From NCBI GenBank assembly GCA_964477125.1, contig CAYZCZ010000003.1, forward strand, positions 1 to 48,791: a stretch of 48,791 nucleotides of DNA, read 5' to 3'. The notes under the pieces are model-generated. The model made no database searches. It was not told where the DNA came from and was given only the letters and a program-made list of their open reading frames with translations. Shown piece after piece: positions 20,286 through 29,239 of this stretch; positions within the stretch are counted from its first letter, which is position 1; the number at the start of each line of letters is the position of its first letter. The DNA comes from an uncultured Candidatus Saccharibacteria bacterium. Its GTDB lineage: Bacteria; Patescibacteriota; Saccharimonadia; Saccharimonadales; CAIOMD01. A program made the translations under genes and the position numbers.

Positions 20286-21950
20286 CTACATTTTGTCTGG
20301 GGCAGTAATACCTAGGATTTCTAGGCCAGACTTTAGGGTGTTTGCATAATTTTCAACTAATGCTCTTCTTATGGCTTCACGCTCATCTCCAACTACTTTA
20401 CTATTTTCGTAAAAACGGTTGAATACTTGAGCTAATTCATATAAATACGTGCAAATATGGTGTGGCATAAGGTCGTTTATGGATTTTATTAGTGCAATTT
20501 GATAATGCGTAAGTGCCCGAGCCAACAACCTTTCGTGCTTGGTTAAAATACTAAATTCAGTAGCGTTTTGAACCTTTGATTTTTCTAAAATGCTTCTAGC
20601 TCTGGCATGAGCATACTGTAAGTATGGTCCACTATTGCCCTGTAAACTTACAGATTCTTCTGGGTTAAAAGCAATATCTCCACCTAGCCTTTGCTTTAAA
20701 AATGCATACTTGACTGCACCAAGCATGACCATTTTGGCAGTAGTTGGGTCTTTTTCTTGAGATACGATTGTTTCAACTGTATTTAAAACGTCGGTAGCTG
20801 TTGTAACATTACCAAGGCGTGAACTCATTTTTTTACCATCACCAAATTTTATTATGCCATTGCTAAGATGTGTCATATTGCCGGCTACTTCTGGTATAAG
20901 TTCACCTGCAGCCAAATAGACTACTTTCATATATTCAGCTTGGTCACGGCCGGTAATTAAGATTCTGTGGTCAAAATTGTAGTCAGCATACTCTAAGCTA
21001 ATAACCCCTAAGTCCTTGGTTTCGTAAGTTGGAAGCCCGGTACTAGTTATAAATACCCTTGTATGTAGTCCTTTATCTTCTCCGCGATAAACCACAGCTC
21101 CATCTGAATTTTCAAAAATACCCTTGTCCAAACCACTGTTGACTAATTTTAGTCCAGGTTCTGTGCAGACGCTTTCAGGATAGTATTTAAAACCATCAAC
21201 TTCTATTCGAGCATAAAAATTATCAAAATAATCATAACTCCACTGCCTGCAAGTCCAGTAAATTTGCGCAAATTTCGATTCTTTATCATTATTCTTATGT
21301 ATTGAATAAACTTGTTGATTGTACTGCTCTATTTGTTTCTTATAATCAACATTTTCTTCGTAAGCCATTGCTCCGATTACATATGCTTTACTAAGAAAAT
21401 TAGCCCTCTTAGCATCATCTACACCGCTTAGTTTATCTGGATACTCGCCACCAAACTCAGTAATAATTCCAAACATTGCCTTACCAACATGCAGTCCCAC
21501 ATCGCCACCAAAATTAGTTCTATGAACATTGGCTCCGGCAAGTGATAACATTCGAGATATTACATCTCCTTCGATAGTTTGATATAAATGGCCTGCATGA
21601 AGTTCTTTGAAGGCATTTGGACATGAATACTCGACTACATATTTTTTACCACCTAATAACTGTGGTACATTTTGGCTAATTGATTCAACTAAGGCCTTAT
21701 CCTCAATAAAAATATTGATAAAACCAGGGCCGGCCACCTCTACTTTTGATATAAATTCATTAGTTTTTAATTTTTCTGTTATTTGCTCGGCAATTTCACG
21801 TGGGTTTTTACCAAGTTGCTTACTAAGACGCATAGCAACATTGGTACTTAAGTCACCAAATTGGGCTTCTGGTACGGTCAAATCTGATGTTACTTCAATA
21901 CTGTACAAACTTTTAACTGTACCTTTAATTATTTCAGCTAATTGTTCCAT
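20286..21950 (-). CDS. argS: Arginine--tRNA ligase
   Basis: HAGHL (HIGH), KMSSRLG (KMSK-like) and the C-terminal anticodon-binding DALR-type region. Confidence 0.95.
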   Translation of the reverse strand: MEQLAEIIKGTVKSLYSIEVTSDLTVPEAQFGDLSTNVAMRLSKQLGKNPREIAEQITEKLKTNEFISKVEVAGPGFINIFIEDKALVESISQNVPQLLGGKKYVVEYSCPNAFKELHAGHLYQTIEGDVISRMLSLAGANVHRTNFGGDVGLHVGKAMFGIITEFGGEYPDKLSGVDDAKRANFLSKAYVIGAMAYEENVDYKKQIEQYNQQVYSIHKNNDKESKFAQIYWTCRQWSYDYFDNFYARIEVDGFKYYPESVCTEPGLKLVNSGLDKGIFENSDGAVVYRGEDKGLHTRVFITSTGLPTYETKDLGVISLEYADYNFDHRILITGRDQAEYMKVVYLAAGELIPEVAGNMTHLSNGIIKFGDGKKMSSRLGNVTTATDVLNTVETIVSQEKDPTTAKMVMLGAVKYAFLKQRLGGDIAFNPEESVSLQGNSGPYLQYAHARARSILEKSKVQNATEFSILTKHERLLARALTHYQIALIKSINDLMPHHICTYLYELAQVFNRFYENSKVVGDEREAIRRALVENYANTLKSGLEILGITAPDKM

Positions 21951-21962
21951 ATAAGCTCCATA

Positions 21963-22652
21963 TTACCTTTTAGCTGTAGCATGGGCAAACAAATATGCTT
22001 TCCATATAACAAAATAAAGGCAACTTAAGAATACAAAAAACAAAACTGTTGTTCCTAGTGACTTTGAGTATTCTGAAACGTCAATAATGCTTCTGGAAAC
22101 ATCAAATACTATTCCGAATGGATTGGTTATGACGTCCCAACTGTTCCATCGCAAAAACCTACCAAGATAAATTGCGTATCCACATAAAAATAATGAACCA
22201 AACACAACTATATTGCTTAACTGCCTTGACCTTTGCCTGAACCTAAAATGTACTAAGCCCAAGGATATAAAACCAAGTATAAAACCAAGTATTGCATAGG
22301 TAGAGAATAAAACTACGTCGTACATGTGCATATCTATGGGGGATTCTGGCAAGTGTACAAAATCACTCACTAAATAAAAGGCATTAGGCAAAAATAACAG
22401 CCATAAACCAAATAAAAATCCATTTTTCCATGACCAGACAATGCCTTTTTTAGTATTTTTATATAGTAATAAAGCAAAACCAACAGGTATTACTGCCAAA
22501 AATAAGTTCCATATTAAATACCAAAATTCGGTACTGGCTGTAATGAACATACGAAGTACGCTTAAAACAAGCGCGAATAACACAAGGCTAACAACGGCCA
22601 TTACAAAACCATTTAGTGGGTTATCCCATAACAATACTACTTTTTGCCTCAT
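21963..22652 (-). CDS. DUF1361-like polytopic membrane protein
   Basis: WNLFLAVIP signature and about 6 TM helices. Confidence 0.55.
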   Translation of the reverse strand: MRQKVVLLWDNPLNGFVMAVVSLVLFALVLSVLRMFITASTEFWYLIWNLFLAVIPVGFALLLYKNTKKGIVWSWKNGFLFGLWLLFLPNAFYLVSDFVHLPESPIDMHMYDVVLFSTYAILGFILGFISLGLVHFRFRQRSRQLSNIVVFGSLFLCGYAIYLGRFLRWNSWDVITNPFGIVFDVSRSIIDVSEYSKSLGTTVLFFVFLSCLYFVIWKAYLFAHATAKR

Positions 22653-22701
22653 ATTTATTTTTATTATACTCGATATTAGTTGTCAGCAATAAACTGTATA
22701 G

Positions 22702-23373
22702 CTAGTCAAACTTTGTTAGGTAGTTGGGGCTATCTGCTAAGTGAGATATTTTAAAGTGATAATCTTGAATAACTTTATCTATTTGGACCTGATTTAATCC
22801 TAGCGAATTATAAACAATAAAAGGCTCAACAACATTAAGCCCACAGAACTCAAAAATTCCATGTTGTATAGGTAATAGCATTTGGTTCATGGTTGCACCT
22901 AGCTGGCCTTCGGCACGATAATAATCTTCAGGGAAACCAGCAATTCCACATAACATAACCGATTTTCCCCTGAGTAAGCCTTTGTCATAAATTTTACCTG
23001 CGTCCCAGGTTACTCCCATGGCAAATACCCTGTCGAACCAACCTTTTAAAATTGCCGGAACGCTAAACCACCATATTGGGGTATGAAAAATAATAATATC
23101 GGCTTTAGCGACTTTTTCAATTTCGGCCATTATATCTGGTGAGAAAAGCAACCCCCCAGCAGATGTATGTTTTTGCTCAAGCATATAATTAAAGTGGCCC
23201 CCGTCCAATGCAGTAAAGTCATATTTTTCTGCTTTTGGTGAAAAACCAATAGCATACAAATCTGTCTCCATAACTGAATGTCCTTGTCTAAGCAATTCAC
23301 CTATAGCAGAATTTTTCAAAGAAGCCGTCAGTGATTTTGGCTCATTATGTGCATACACCGACAAAATGTTCAT
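22702..23373 (-). CDS. NAD(P)H dehydrogenase (quinone)-like flavoprotein (Flavodoxin_2 fold)
   Basis: MNILSVYAHNEPKS, IIFHTPIWWFSVPAILKGWFDRVF. Confidence 0.75.
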   Translation of the reverse strand: MNILSVYAHNEPKSLTASLKNSAIGELLRQGHSVMETDLYAIGFSPKAEKYDFTALDGGHFNYMLEQKHTSAGGLLFSPDIMAEIEKVAKADIIIFHTPIWWFSVPAILKGWFDRVFAMGVTWDAGKIYDKGLLRGKSVMLCGIAGFPEDYYRAEGQLGATMNQMLLPIQHGIFEFCGLNVVEPFIVYNSLGLNQVQIDKVIQDYHFKISHLADSPNYLTKFD

Positions 23374-23506
23374 GCTTATTATTGTCTAACTAAAGTTCAA
23401 ATATCACAAGTAAAGTGCAATAATTTTTGTGGAGAAATATATTTAGCGTATTCTAAAATGTAATAGTGGGTATCAAAAAATATTTATACCAAGGAGTTAA
23501 GAGCTT

Positions 23507-24094
23507 ATGAAAGAAATACCCAGGGTTGTTATAACGGGTGGGCCCGGAAGTGGTAAAACTACAGCCTTAGATTATGTAGCTAAAAATTACCCAAATGCTT
23601 ATTGTGAAAAGGAAGCAGTTAGCTCAATTATTTGGGATACTATACAGCTTAAGGGATCAGTTGAGCCATCACAGGACTACGTAGAAGCGTATCACAAAAC
23701 TCAAAGAGGCCTTCAGGAACTATTAGATGCAAAGGCCTTATTAGAGGCACAACAAGCAGGTTACAGTTTGATTATTCAAGATGGTTCAATGATTGAAGTT
23801 GCAGGCGAGTTCGATGACATTGCTAAGTTCGAAAATTCTACTGGAATAAATTACCAAAAAGAAATTGGTAAATACGCCTATGTATTGTTTATGGAAACAT
23901 ATGCCGGAACCAACAACTATAAACCAGCCGAAAATGCCAGCTACACAGAAGAAGAAGCCATTACTAGAAATAATCGTCTAAAAGAATTATGGAAGCCGCA
24001 TGAAAAAGTAATGATGGTAACTGGGTCAAAAACAGAGATAAGATCAGAGATTGTATTGCAACTGATAGAAATGATTGCCGACGGTAAAGTATAG
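23507..24094 (+). CDS. Small P-loop ATPase/kinase-like protein (AAA_28/NadR-like)
   Basis: Walker A GGPGSGKTT near the N-terminus. AAGGAG RBS upstream. Confidence 0.6.
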   Translation: MKEIPRVVITGGPGSGKTTALDYVAKNYPNAYCEKEAVSSIIWDTIQLKGSVEPSQDYVEAYHKTQRGLQELLDAKALLEAQQAGYSLIIQDGSMIEVAGEFDDIAKFENSTGINYQKEIGKYAYVLFMETYAGTNNYKPAENASYTEEEAITRNNRLKELWKPHEKVMMVTGSKTEIRSEIVLQLIEMIADGKV

Positions 24095-24167
24095 ATTTTC
24101 AAGAAAGCCATTAAAGACAAAAAAGCATTACTAGAATAAAAACGAAAAAAAGTGTAATTTACTATTT

Positions 24168-24848
24168 ATGAGAGAACTGTTCCCTGAACAAAGAAAGCCC
24201 ATATCATTTCCGTTAAATTCTCTTAATAAATTCAGCCCAGAATATAATCCTACACATGAAAGTTTAGTTATTGGGGATACTATTTCTTTAAAGAAAAACG
24301 AACATCAGTATGGAGATGTTAGTGAACTACTTACTCTTGGCAATGTATTGTCTAATGATTTAAATAGACAAATTTGGGAAGATTCAATAAAGCTATATGG
24401 TATAGAGAAAACTGAAATAGATGATCCTTACCGTGATCTTCTTAGCAGTGATCCTAAATACCTTAAAAAAAGAATTATGAATGGTTTTGAAACTGGTCTA
24501 AAACTAGATAATGCAGAGCTTATAAATAAGGGCATTGTCAAGATTAGCGGTAAGTCAAAATGCCAAAACTATTATGGCTGGCAAGCACTTATAAGGGGTA
24601 CATTTGCTTTACCTGGGGTAAATGAACCGGTAAAACTAGAAGAAATACCGTTGGTTTTTGTAGTTGTCCATAACGATAAATATATGAGATTTGGGCCCTA
24701 TGACCTAGAGCGCGAAAAAATAAGCGATTTAAAACACCAAAATATTAACAAAGCATTGAGGGCAGTAAAAATTGGTATCTTTGCCACACAAGGGCGCATA
24801 ACAAAGAAGAAAAATAGCCCACCAATGAGTGAAGGTGGCAATCAATAG
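24168..24848 (+). CDS. Hypothetical protein
   Basis: Long ORF with no recognisable motif. It ends 5 nt before the first 107-bp repeat. Confidence 0.45.
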   Translation: MRELFPEQRKPISFPLNSLNKFSPEYNPTHESLVIGDTISLKKNEHQYGDVSELLTLGNVLSNDLNRQIWEDSIKLYGIEKTEIDDPYRDLLSSDPKYLKKRIMNGFETGLKLDNAELINKGIVKISGKSKCQNYYGWQALIRGTFALPGVNEPVKLEEIPLVFVVVHNDKYMRFGPYDLEREKISDLKHQNINKALRAVKIGIFATQGRITKKKNSPPMSEGGNQ

Positions 24849-24853
24849 TATTA

Positions 24854-24960
24854 GCGGCCAACTGCCACAGGCAGTTGTCGTTCGAATCATTCTTCAATCT
24901 TCCAACTAAAAAACCAGGCATATAACCTGGTTCTTTAGTTGGCGGAGGGAGAGGGATTCG
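24854..24960 (-). repeat. 107-bp direct repeat, distal copy (last 21 nt of tRNA-Ser-GGA plus 86 nt of its 3' flank)
   Basis: Base-for-base identical to 25016-25122 on my reading. Contains CGAATCCCTCTCCCTCCGCCA, hairpin AACCAGG-N7-CCTGGTT and hairpin CAACTGCC-N3-GGCAGTTG. Confidence 0.85.
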
Positions 24961-25015
24961 CCCTTTATGCGCGAAAGAAAAATACTTTCGCTACATAAAC
25001 TGCTTCGCAGCAAGG

Positions 25016-25122
25016 GCGGCCAACTGCCACAGGCAGTTGTCGTTCGAATCATTCTTCAATCTTCCAACTAAAAAACCAGGCATATAACCTGGTTCTTTAG
25101 TTGGCGGAGGGAGAGGGATTCG
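25016..25122 (-). repeat. 107-bp direct repeat, proximal copy (overlaps the 3' end of the intact tRNA-Ser-GGA)
   Basis: Identical to 24854-24960. The offset between copies is 162 bp. Confidence 0.85.
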
Positions 25123-25189
25123 AACCCTCGAGGGCTTGCGCCCAACACGCTTTCCAAGCGTGCGCCATAGGCCACTAGGCGACCCCTCC
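25102..25189 (-). tRNA. tRNA-Ser (anticodon GGA), class II, CCA encoded
   Basis: GGAGGGG-TC-GCC..GGC-G-CACGC-TTGGAAA-GCGTG-long variable arm (GGGC-GCAA-GCCC)-GAGGG-TTCGAAT-CCCTC-TCCCTCC-G-CCA. Confidence 0.9.
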
Positions 25190-25316
25190 ATAATTATTAA
25201 TTATACGATATTGGTTCGAAACTAGGGATTCTACCCACCTTCGGCGGGCCCGCCTCAACTCTGGTGCATTCGCACTCAGGGTTTCCGTCCTTGCAAAATG
25301 CCACTGGCATTTTTCA

Positions 25317-25381
25317 CCTCGAAGGCTTGCACCTTAGCACCTTTCCAAGCGTGCGCCATGGCAGACTCTGGCGACCCCTCC
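25317..25381 (-). pseudogene. tRNA-Ser-like 5' partial copy (acceptor 5' strand through the variable arm)
   Basis: GGAGGGGTCGCCAGAGTCTGCCATGGCGCACGCTTGGAAAGGTGCTAAGGTGCAAGCCTTCGAGG parallels the intact gene. It lacks a T-arm and a 3' acceptor strand. The anticodon stem has a 1-nt deletion. Confidence 0.5.
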
Positions 25382-25453
25382 AAACATGCAATATTAAAGA
25401 TTATATAATTTATCCCTTGAAATTCACACCTTAAAACAGGTAAACTTCTATAA

Positions 25454-26338
25454 ATGTCTTTGATAAATCTTGAAAACTTAAGCAAGGTGTATGGTTTTGG
25501 CGATGCCACAACTATTGCTCTAGACGATGTTAACCTAAAAATTGAAAAAGGTGAATTCGTAGCAGTTATGGGCGCTAGCGGCTCTGGCAAAAGTACCCTT
25601 TTAAATATAATTGGCTTGCTTGACCGATGTTCTCAAGGCACTTACCTACTAGACGAACGAGATGTTTCACGCATAAGATCGCGTAAAAGGGCTAAGATTC
25701 GCCGAGATAGATTCGGCTTCATCTTCCAAAGTTTTAACCTAATAAGCAATATGAGTGTCTTAGAAAATGTTTCATTGCCACTTGCCTACAAAGGTATGCT
25801 AAAACTTAGTCGCCACAAAAAAGCTTCAGCTATGTTAGAAAAAATTGGCTTACAAAACCGTGAATACTACCTTCCTCACCAACTAAGTGGTGGCCAAGTA
25901 CAGCGTGTAGCCATAGCCAGAGCATTAATTAACAAACCTAGCCTTATAATTGCCGACGAACCTACGGGCAACCTAGACAGCGCCAGTAGCGAATCCATAA
26001 TGGATATGATAAGGGATATTCACCTGGCCGGTAATACAATTATTATGGTCACTCATAACCCCGATTTAACGGCTTATGCGAGCAGAATTGTATATATGCG
26101 AGATGGTGCGGTTGTAGAAGATAAGCCACTGAGAAAAAATGAAATAGTCGACCTAGATAAACTAACCAAAGAAGATGAAAAAGCCTCCAAAGTAGAGTTA
26201 AACAAAAATATTAACCATCCGACCACAGATAAGGAATCTTCTGATACGCCAGAAAACACAACCTCAGCCAACAAAAGCAAAACTAATAAACCAGCAACTG
26301 ATCGTAAAACTAGTAAATCGAAAAGGGCCAAGAAATGA
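25454..26338 (+). CDS. ABC transporter ATP-binding protein (MacB/LolD type) with a basic low-complexity C-terminal tail
   Basis: Walker [10 protein letters not shown], signature LSGGQVQR, Walker B LIIADEPT. About 60 aa of K/T/S-rich tail. Confidence 0.9.
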   Translation: MSLINLENLSKVYGFGDATTIALDDVNLKIEKGEFVAVMGASGSGKSTLLNIIGLLDRCSQGTYLLDERDVSRIRSRKRAKIRRDRFGFIFQSFNLISNMSVLENVSLPLAYKGMLKLSRHKKASAMLEKIGLQNREYYLPHQLSGGQVQRVAIARALINKPSLIIADEPTGNLDSASSESIMDMIRDIHLAGNTIIMVTHNPDLTAYASRIVYMRDGAVVEDKPLRKNEIVDLDKLTKEDEKASKVELNKNINHPTTDKESSDTPENTTSANKSKTNKPATDRKTSKSKRAKK

Positions 26339-27564
26339 TAAGCACTAATATTAGAATGGCCCTAACGAGCATTCGATCATCAAGAACAAGAAGTTTGCTA
26401 ACAGTTCTTGGAGTTGTAATTGGTGTTGCGAGTGTCGTTACAACAGTTGGAATAGCCGAAGGTATTAAGAACCAAGTTGTATCACAAATAAATCAATTTG
26501 GTGCAGATGTGCTAACAATAAAACCTGGAAAAAGTTTTGACCATGACTCAAACGGTGCCGTAACAACGTTTAACCCAGGCGCCCAACAAGGAGCAAGCAC
26601 CTTAACGGATAAGGATATTGCTAGCCTAAAAACAATTCCAGGAGTTGTAGCAGTTGTACCTAGTATGCAAATAACAGGTGTTATCTCGGTTGATGGTAAA
26701 CCTAATTATTCCGGAGCAAAAATTACTGGAACTGGAGTGGATATAGGCCAAATACTAGGCGATAAAATGGACTACGGTGACTTTTTTGGGGAGGATGACG
26801 ACCTTAGGAATACGGTTGTAATTGGCCGTGATGTATCCCAAGACTTGTTTACTATTAGAGATCCCATAGGTCAAACAATGACTATTAGGGGTGAAAATTT
26901 TGTAGTACGGGGTATCTTAAAACCATTTAAGGACAGTCCAATTTCAATTTCGGATAACTTAAACAAGGCAGTATATATGCCATACGGAATGGCTAAAAAA
27001 CTTAGTGGCAACAACGGACAAGTTAATGAAATATTTATAAAAGTTGCTAATAGCGACAATGTTACTGCAACTACTGATGCAATTAATAAAGTACTATTAG
27101 CTAACCATCAAGGCCAGGAAGATTTCACTATTGTTAAAAAAGAAGATTATTTGGCGGCCGCGACTAAAACCTTGTCACAGCTAACTACTTTTATTGTTGC
27201 CATTGCTAGTACGGCATTAATTGTTGGCGGTATAGGTATTATGAATATAATGTTAGTTGGGGTTAGTGAGAGAACCCGTGAGATAGGTATTCGCAAGGCA
27301 GTTGGAGCAACTAACCAACAAATACTAAGTCAATTTTTAGTTGAGGCGACGGTAATTAGTGTTGTTGGCGGAATTATTGGCGTTTTTGTGGCCTTGGTTG
27401 CTACGTACTTTATAAAAATTGGCACTAACCTAAACCCTGTTATATCTTTGGGAACAATAGTTTTAGCGACTGTTGTCTCGATTATTGTTGGTGTTGTATT
27501 TGGTATGGCTCCTGCGGTGCAAGCAGCACGAAAAGATCCAATCCAATCACTACGATATGAATAG
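26335..27564 (+). CDS. ABC transporter permease (MacB_PCD + FtsX domains)
   Basis: N-terminal TM, large periplasmic-type domain, and a C-terminal FtsX-like 3-TM bundle (REIGIRKAVGA). ATGA overlap with the ATPase gene. Confidence 0.9.
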   Translation: MISTNIRMALTSIRSSRTRSLLTVLGVVIGVASVVTTVGIAEGIKNQVVSQINQFGADVLTIKPGKSFDHDSNGAVTTFNPGAQQGASTLTDKDIASLKTIPGVVAVVPSMQITGVISVDGKPNYSGAKITGTGVDIGQILGDKMDYGDFFGEDDDLRNTVVIGRDVSQDLFTIRDPIGQTMTIRGENFVVRGILKPFKDSPISISDNLNKAVYMPYGMAKKLSGNNGQVNEIFIKVANSDNVTATTDAINKVLLANHQGQEDFTIVKKEDYLAAATKTLSQLTTFIVAIASTALIVGGIGIMNIMLVGVSERTREIGIRKAVGATNQQILSQFLVEATVISVVGGIIGVFVALVATYFIKIGTNLNPVISLGTIVLATVVSIIVGVVFGMAPAVQAARKDPIQSLRYE

Positions 27565-27584
27565 TGCCATTGTTAGTTATATTT

Positions 27585-27611
27585 AAAAAGCTCCCGTATT
27601 GGGAGCTTTTT
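27585..27611. terminator. Bidirectional intrinsic terminator
   Basis: AAAAAGCTCCC-GTATT-GGGAGCTTTTT lies between the convergent permease and hsp20 genes. Confidence 0.75.
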
Positions 27612-27650
27612 AAATTATCTGTCAGCAAAACTGACTCATACAATCTGCTA

Positions 27651-28115
27651 TTAAAGAATTTGAATCTTCTTAACTGTATCTTGCTTCACCTTAGTAAAGC
27701 TTACTGTTAATACGCCATCTTTAAGTACAGCTTCAATTTCGTCTTCTTTTACCTGCACTGGCAAAACAAAACTGCGTGAAAATTCACCCCAATAACATTC
27801 TTGTAAATGATAGTTTTCAACATCTTCCTCGTAACCTGCATTTAACGTACCCCTAATTGAAAGCGTGTTATCTGCAATGCTTACATCTAGGTCATTCTTG
27901 TTAACGCCAGCTGTGCGAGCCTTTACTACAAGTTTTTCCTTAGTCTCATATACATCAATTGCTAACTGCCCTGGAACGGCTTCTTCTTCGTCCCATTCCT
28001 CTTCCTGAACTTGTGGTTCAGGGCCAGCAACAGCTAAATCTTCCTCACCCAAAAATGCAGCCGTTAGTTCTTCTTCCATTAGCAAATCATCTTCATTTGC
28101 TGTGCGTCGTGCCAT
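27651..28115 (-). CDS. Hsp20/alpha-crystallin small heat-shock protein
   Basis: Alpha-crystallin domain LAIDVYETKEKLVVKARTAGV...LSIRG...GEFSRSFVLP...DGVLTVSF. Confidence 0.85.
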   Translation of the reverse strand: MARRTANEDDLLMEEELTAAFLGEEDLAVAGPEPQVQEEEWDEEEAVPGQLAIDVYETKEKLVVKARTAGVNKNDLDVSIADNTLSIRGTLNAGYEEDVENYHLQECYWGEFSRSFVLPVQVKEDEIEAVLKDGVLTVSFTKVKQDTVKKIQIL

Positions 28116-28248
28116 TGTTACCCTCCACGATTTATTTTAAAATACTGCTTTTAGTTTTAAAATCTTTTTGTGTGTGTTAAAAGTATACTGAACTGAATAG
28201 ACAAGAGGCAAGCTAACGTAGCCATCTTAACAACATATTTTCTACAAC

Positions 28249-28923
28249 ATGAACATATTCGATAAATTATTAGGCTTAATTGCACCCCACCATTGCATAG
28301 TATGTACCGATGAAGATTACGTACTTTGCTACGATTGTGCCAGCCAAATTGATGAGCTACCAAGTAGTTGCTATGTTTGCCATAAGGCAACCACCGATTT
28401 TGCCCCTTGCTTAGAACATATCACCAAAAAATCACCAAAGCATGTGTGGTTTGTATTTTCTTACGAAAAATCTATTAAAAAACTACTCTGGGCATATAAG
28501 TTCCAACAGCAACGTGCCGGTGCTGTAGATATTGCCAAAATAATATGTGGGAATTTACCCAATATACCACCTGAAACTTTAATCACTTACGTGCCAACTA
28601 CTCCTGAACATATCCGGCTTAGGGGGTTTGATCATTCCAAATTAATAGCCATTGAAGTTTCAAAAATATTAGGCTTAAATTATCACAACCTGCTGACACG
28701 GAACCCTGGTGCAGTTCAACATACACTTAATAGACGACAAAGATTAGCACAAATTAAAAATGCCTATAGCCCAATTAACGAATACTTATCATCTGGTGCA
28801 AATATATTACTAATTGACGACGTAATAACTACCGGTGCTACCATTGGCGAATGTGCTAGACAGCTTTACTCGGTAGGAGCAAAATCGGTTAATGTAGCAA
28901 CATTGGCCCGAACTCCTAAATAA
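28249..28923 (+). CDS. comF: ComF-family protein (phosphoribosyltransferase domain)
   Basis: N-terminal Cys pairs (CIVC..CYDC, CYVC). PRTase motif ILLIDDVITTGAT. Confidence 0.8.
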   Translation: MNIFDKLLGLIAPHHCIVCTDEDYVLCYDCASQIDELPSSCYVCHKATTDFAPCLEHITKKSPKHVWFVFSYEKSIKKLLWAYKFQQQRAGAVDIAKIICGNLPNIPPETLITYVPTTPEHIRLRGFDHSKLIAIEVSKILGLNYHNLLTRNPGAVQHTLNRRQRLAQIKNAYSPINEYLSSGANILLIDDVITTGATIGECARQLYSVGAKSVNVATLARTPK

Positions 28924-28973
28924 TCTTGTGCCTTAACGTCAGCACTGTTATACTTTACCCTTGTTAGCCACCA

Positions 28974-29066
28974 GGAGGGGTACCCAAGTGGCTGAAGGGG
29001 ACGGTTTGCTAAATCGTTAGTGGGGCGAAAGTTCCAGCGAGGGTTCGAATCCCTCCTCCTCCGCCA
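28974..29066 (+). tRNA. tRNA-Ser (anticodon GCT), class II, CCA encoded
   Basis: GGAGGGG-TA-CCC..GGG-G-ACGGT-TTGCTAA-ATCGT-long variable arm-GAGGG-TTCGAAT-CCCTC-CTCCTCC-G-CCA. A TGTTATACT extended -10-like box lies at 28946-28954. Confidence 0.9.
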
Positions 29067-29074
29067 GGAGAAGG

Positions 29075-29104
29075 CCGTCTGCATTTATGCAGGCGGTTTT
29101 CTTC
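29075..29104 (+). terminator. Intrinsic terminator after tRNA-Ser-GCT
   Basis: CCGTCTGC-ATTTAT-GCAGGCGG (one G-U pair) followed by TTTTCTTCTT. Confidence 0.6.
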
Positions 29105-29161
29105 TTGTTGAAGAAAAGATTAGAACCCGTTCGGCGTAGAAGCACAGCTGTGCTGTGCGCT

Positions 29162-29239
29162 ATCCTTCCTCCTCCGCCAAATAAAGAACCAGGTTTTATG
29201 CCTGGTTTTTTATTTGGAATATTGAAGAATGATTCGAAC
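29162..29239 (+). repeat. Third copy of the tRNA-Ser 3'-end plus hairpin module, inverted relative to the 24.9-25.1 kb copies
   Basis: ATCCTTCCTCCTCCGCCA mimics the local tRNA-Ser-GCT 3' end. It is followed by AATAAAGAACCAGGTTTTATGCCTGGTTTTTTATTTGGAATATTGAAGAATGATTCGAAC, which has 5 mismatches in about 62 nt against the GGA-locus module. Confidence 0.75.

Noticed and set aside
22176-22184. DnaA box-like GTATCCACA
   Set aside because: It is a single 8/9 match inside a CDS, with no cluster and no AT-rich unwinding element.
24991-25191. 66-aa ORF (and its look-alike at 29087-29353) sharing the peptide PPP.KEPG.MPGFL.G.LKNDSN
   Set aside because: Both lie across tRNA-Ser genes and the repeat module. 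All five nucleotide differences between module copies would be non-synonymous, while the hairpin stem is preserved. Conservation is therefore at the nucleic-acid level, not the coding level.
24940-25381. Split or trans-spliced tRNA-Ser made from the 5' copy (25381-25317) plus the 3' fragment (24960-24940)
   Set aside because: An intact tRNA-Ser(GGA) lies between them. The 5' copy has a disrupted anticodon stem. The context of the 3' fragment gives only a shortened 5-nt T-loop. There are no complementary leader and trailer sequences like those in known split tRNAs.
25276-25590. 104-aa reverse-strand ORF
   Set aside because: It runs antisense to the ABC ATPase start and across the tRNA-like fragment. 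It has no RBS and no motif.
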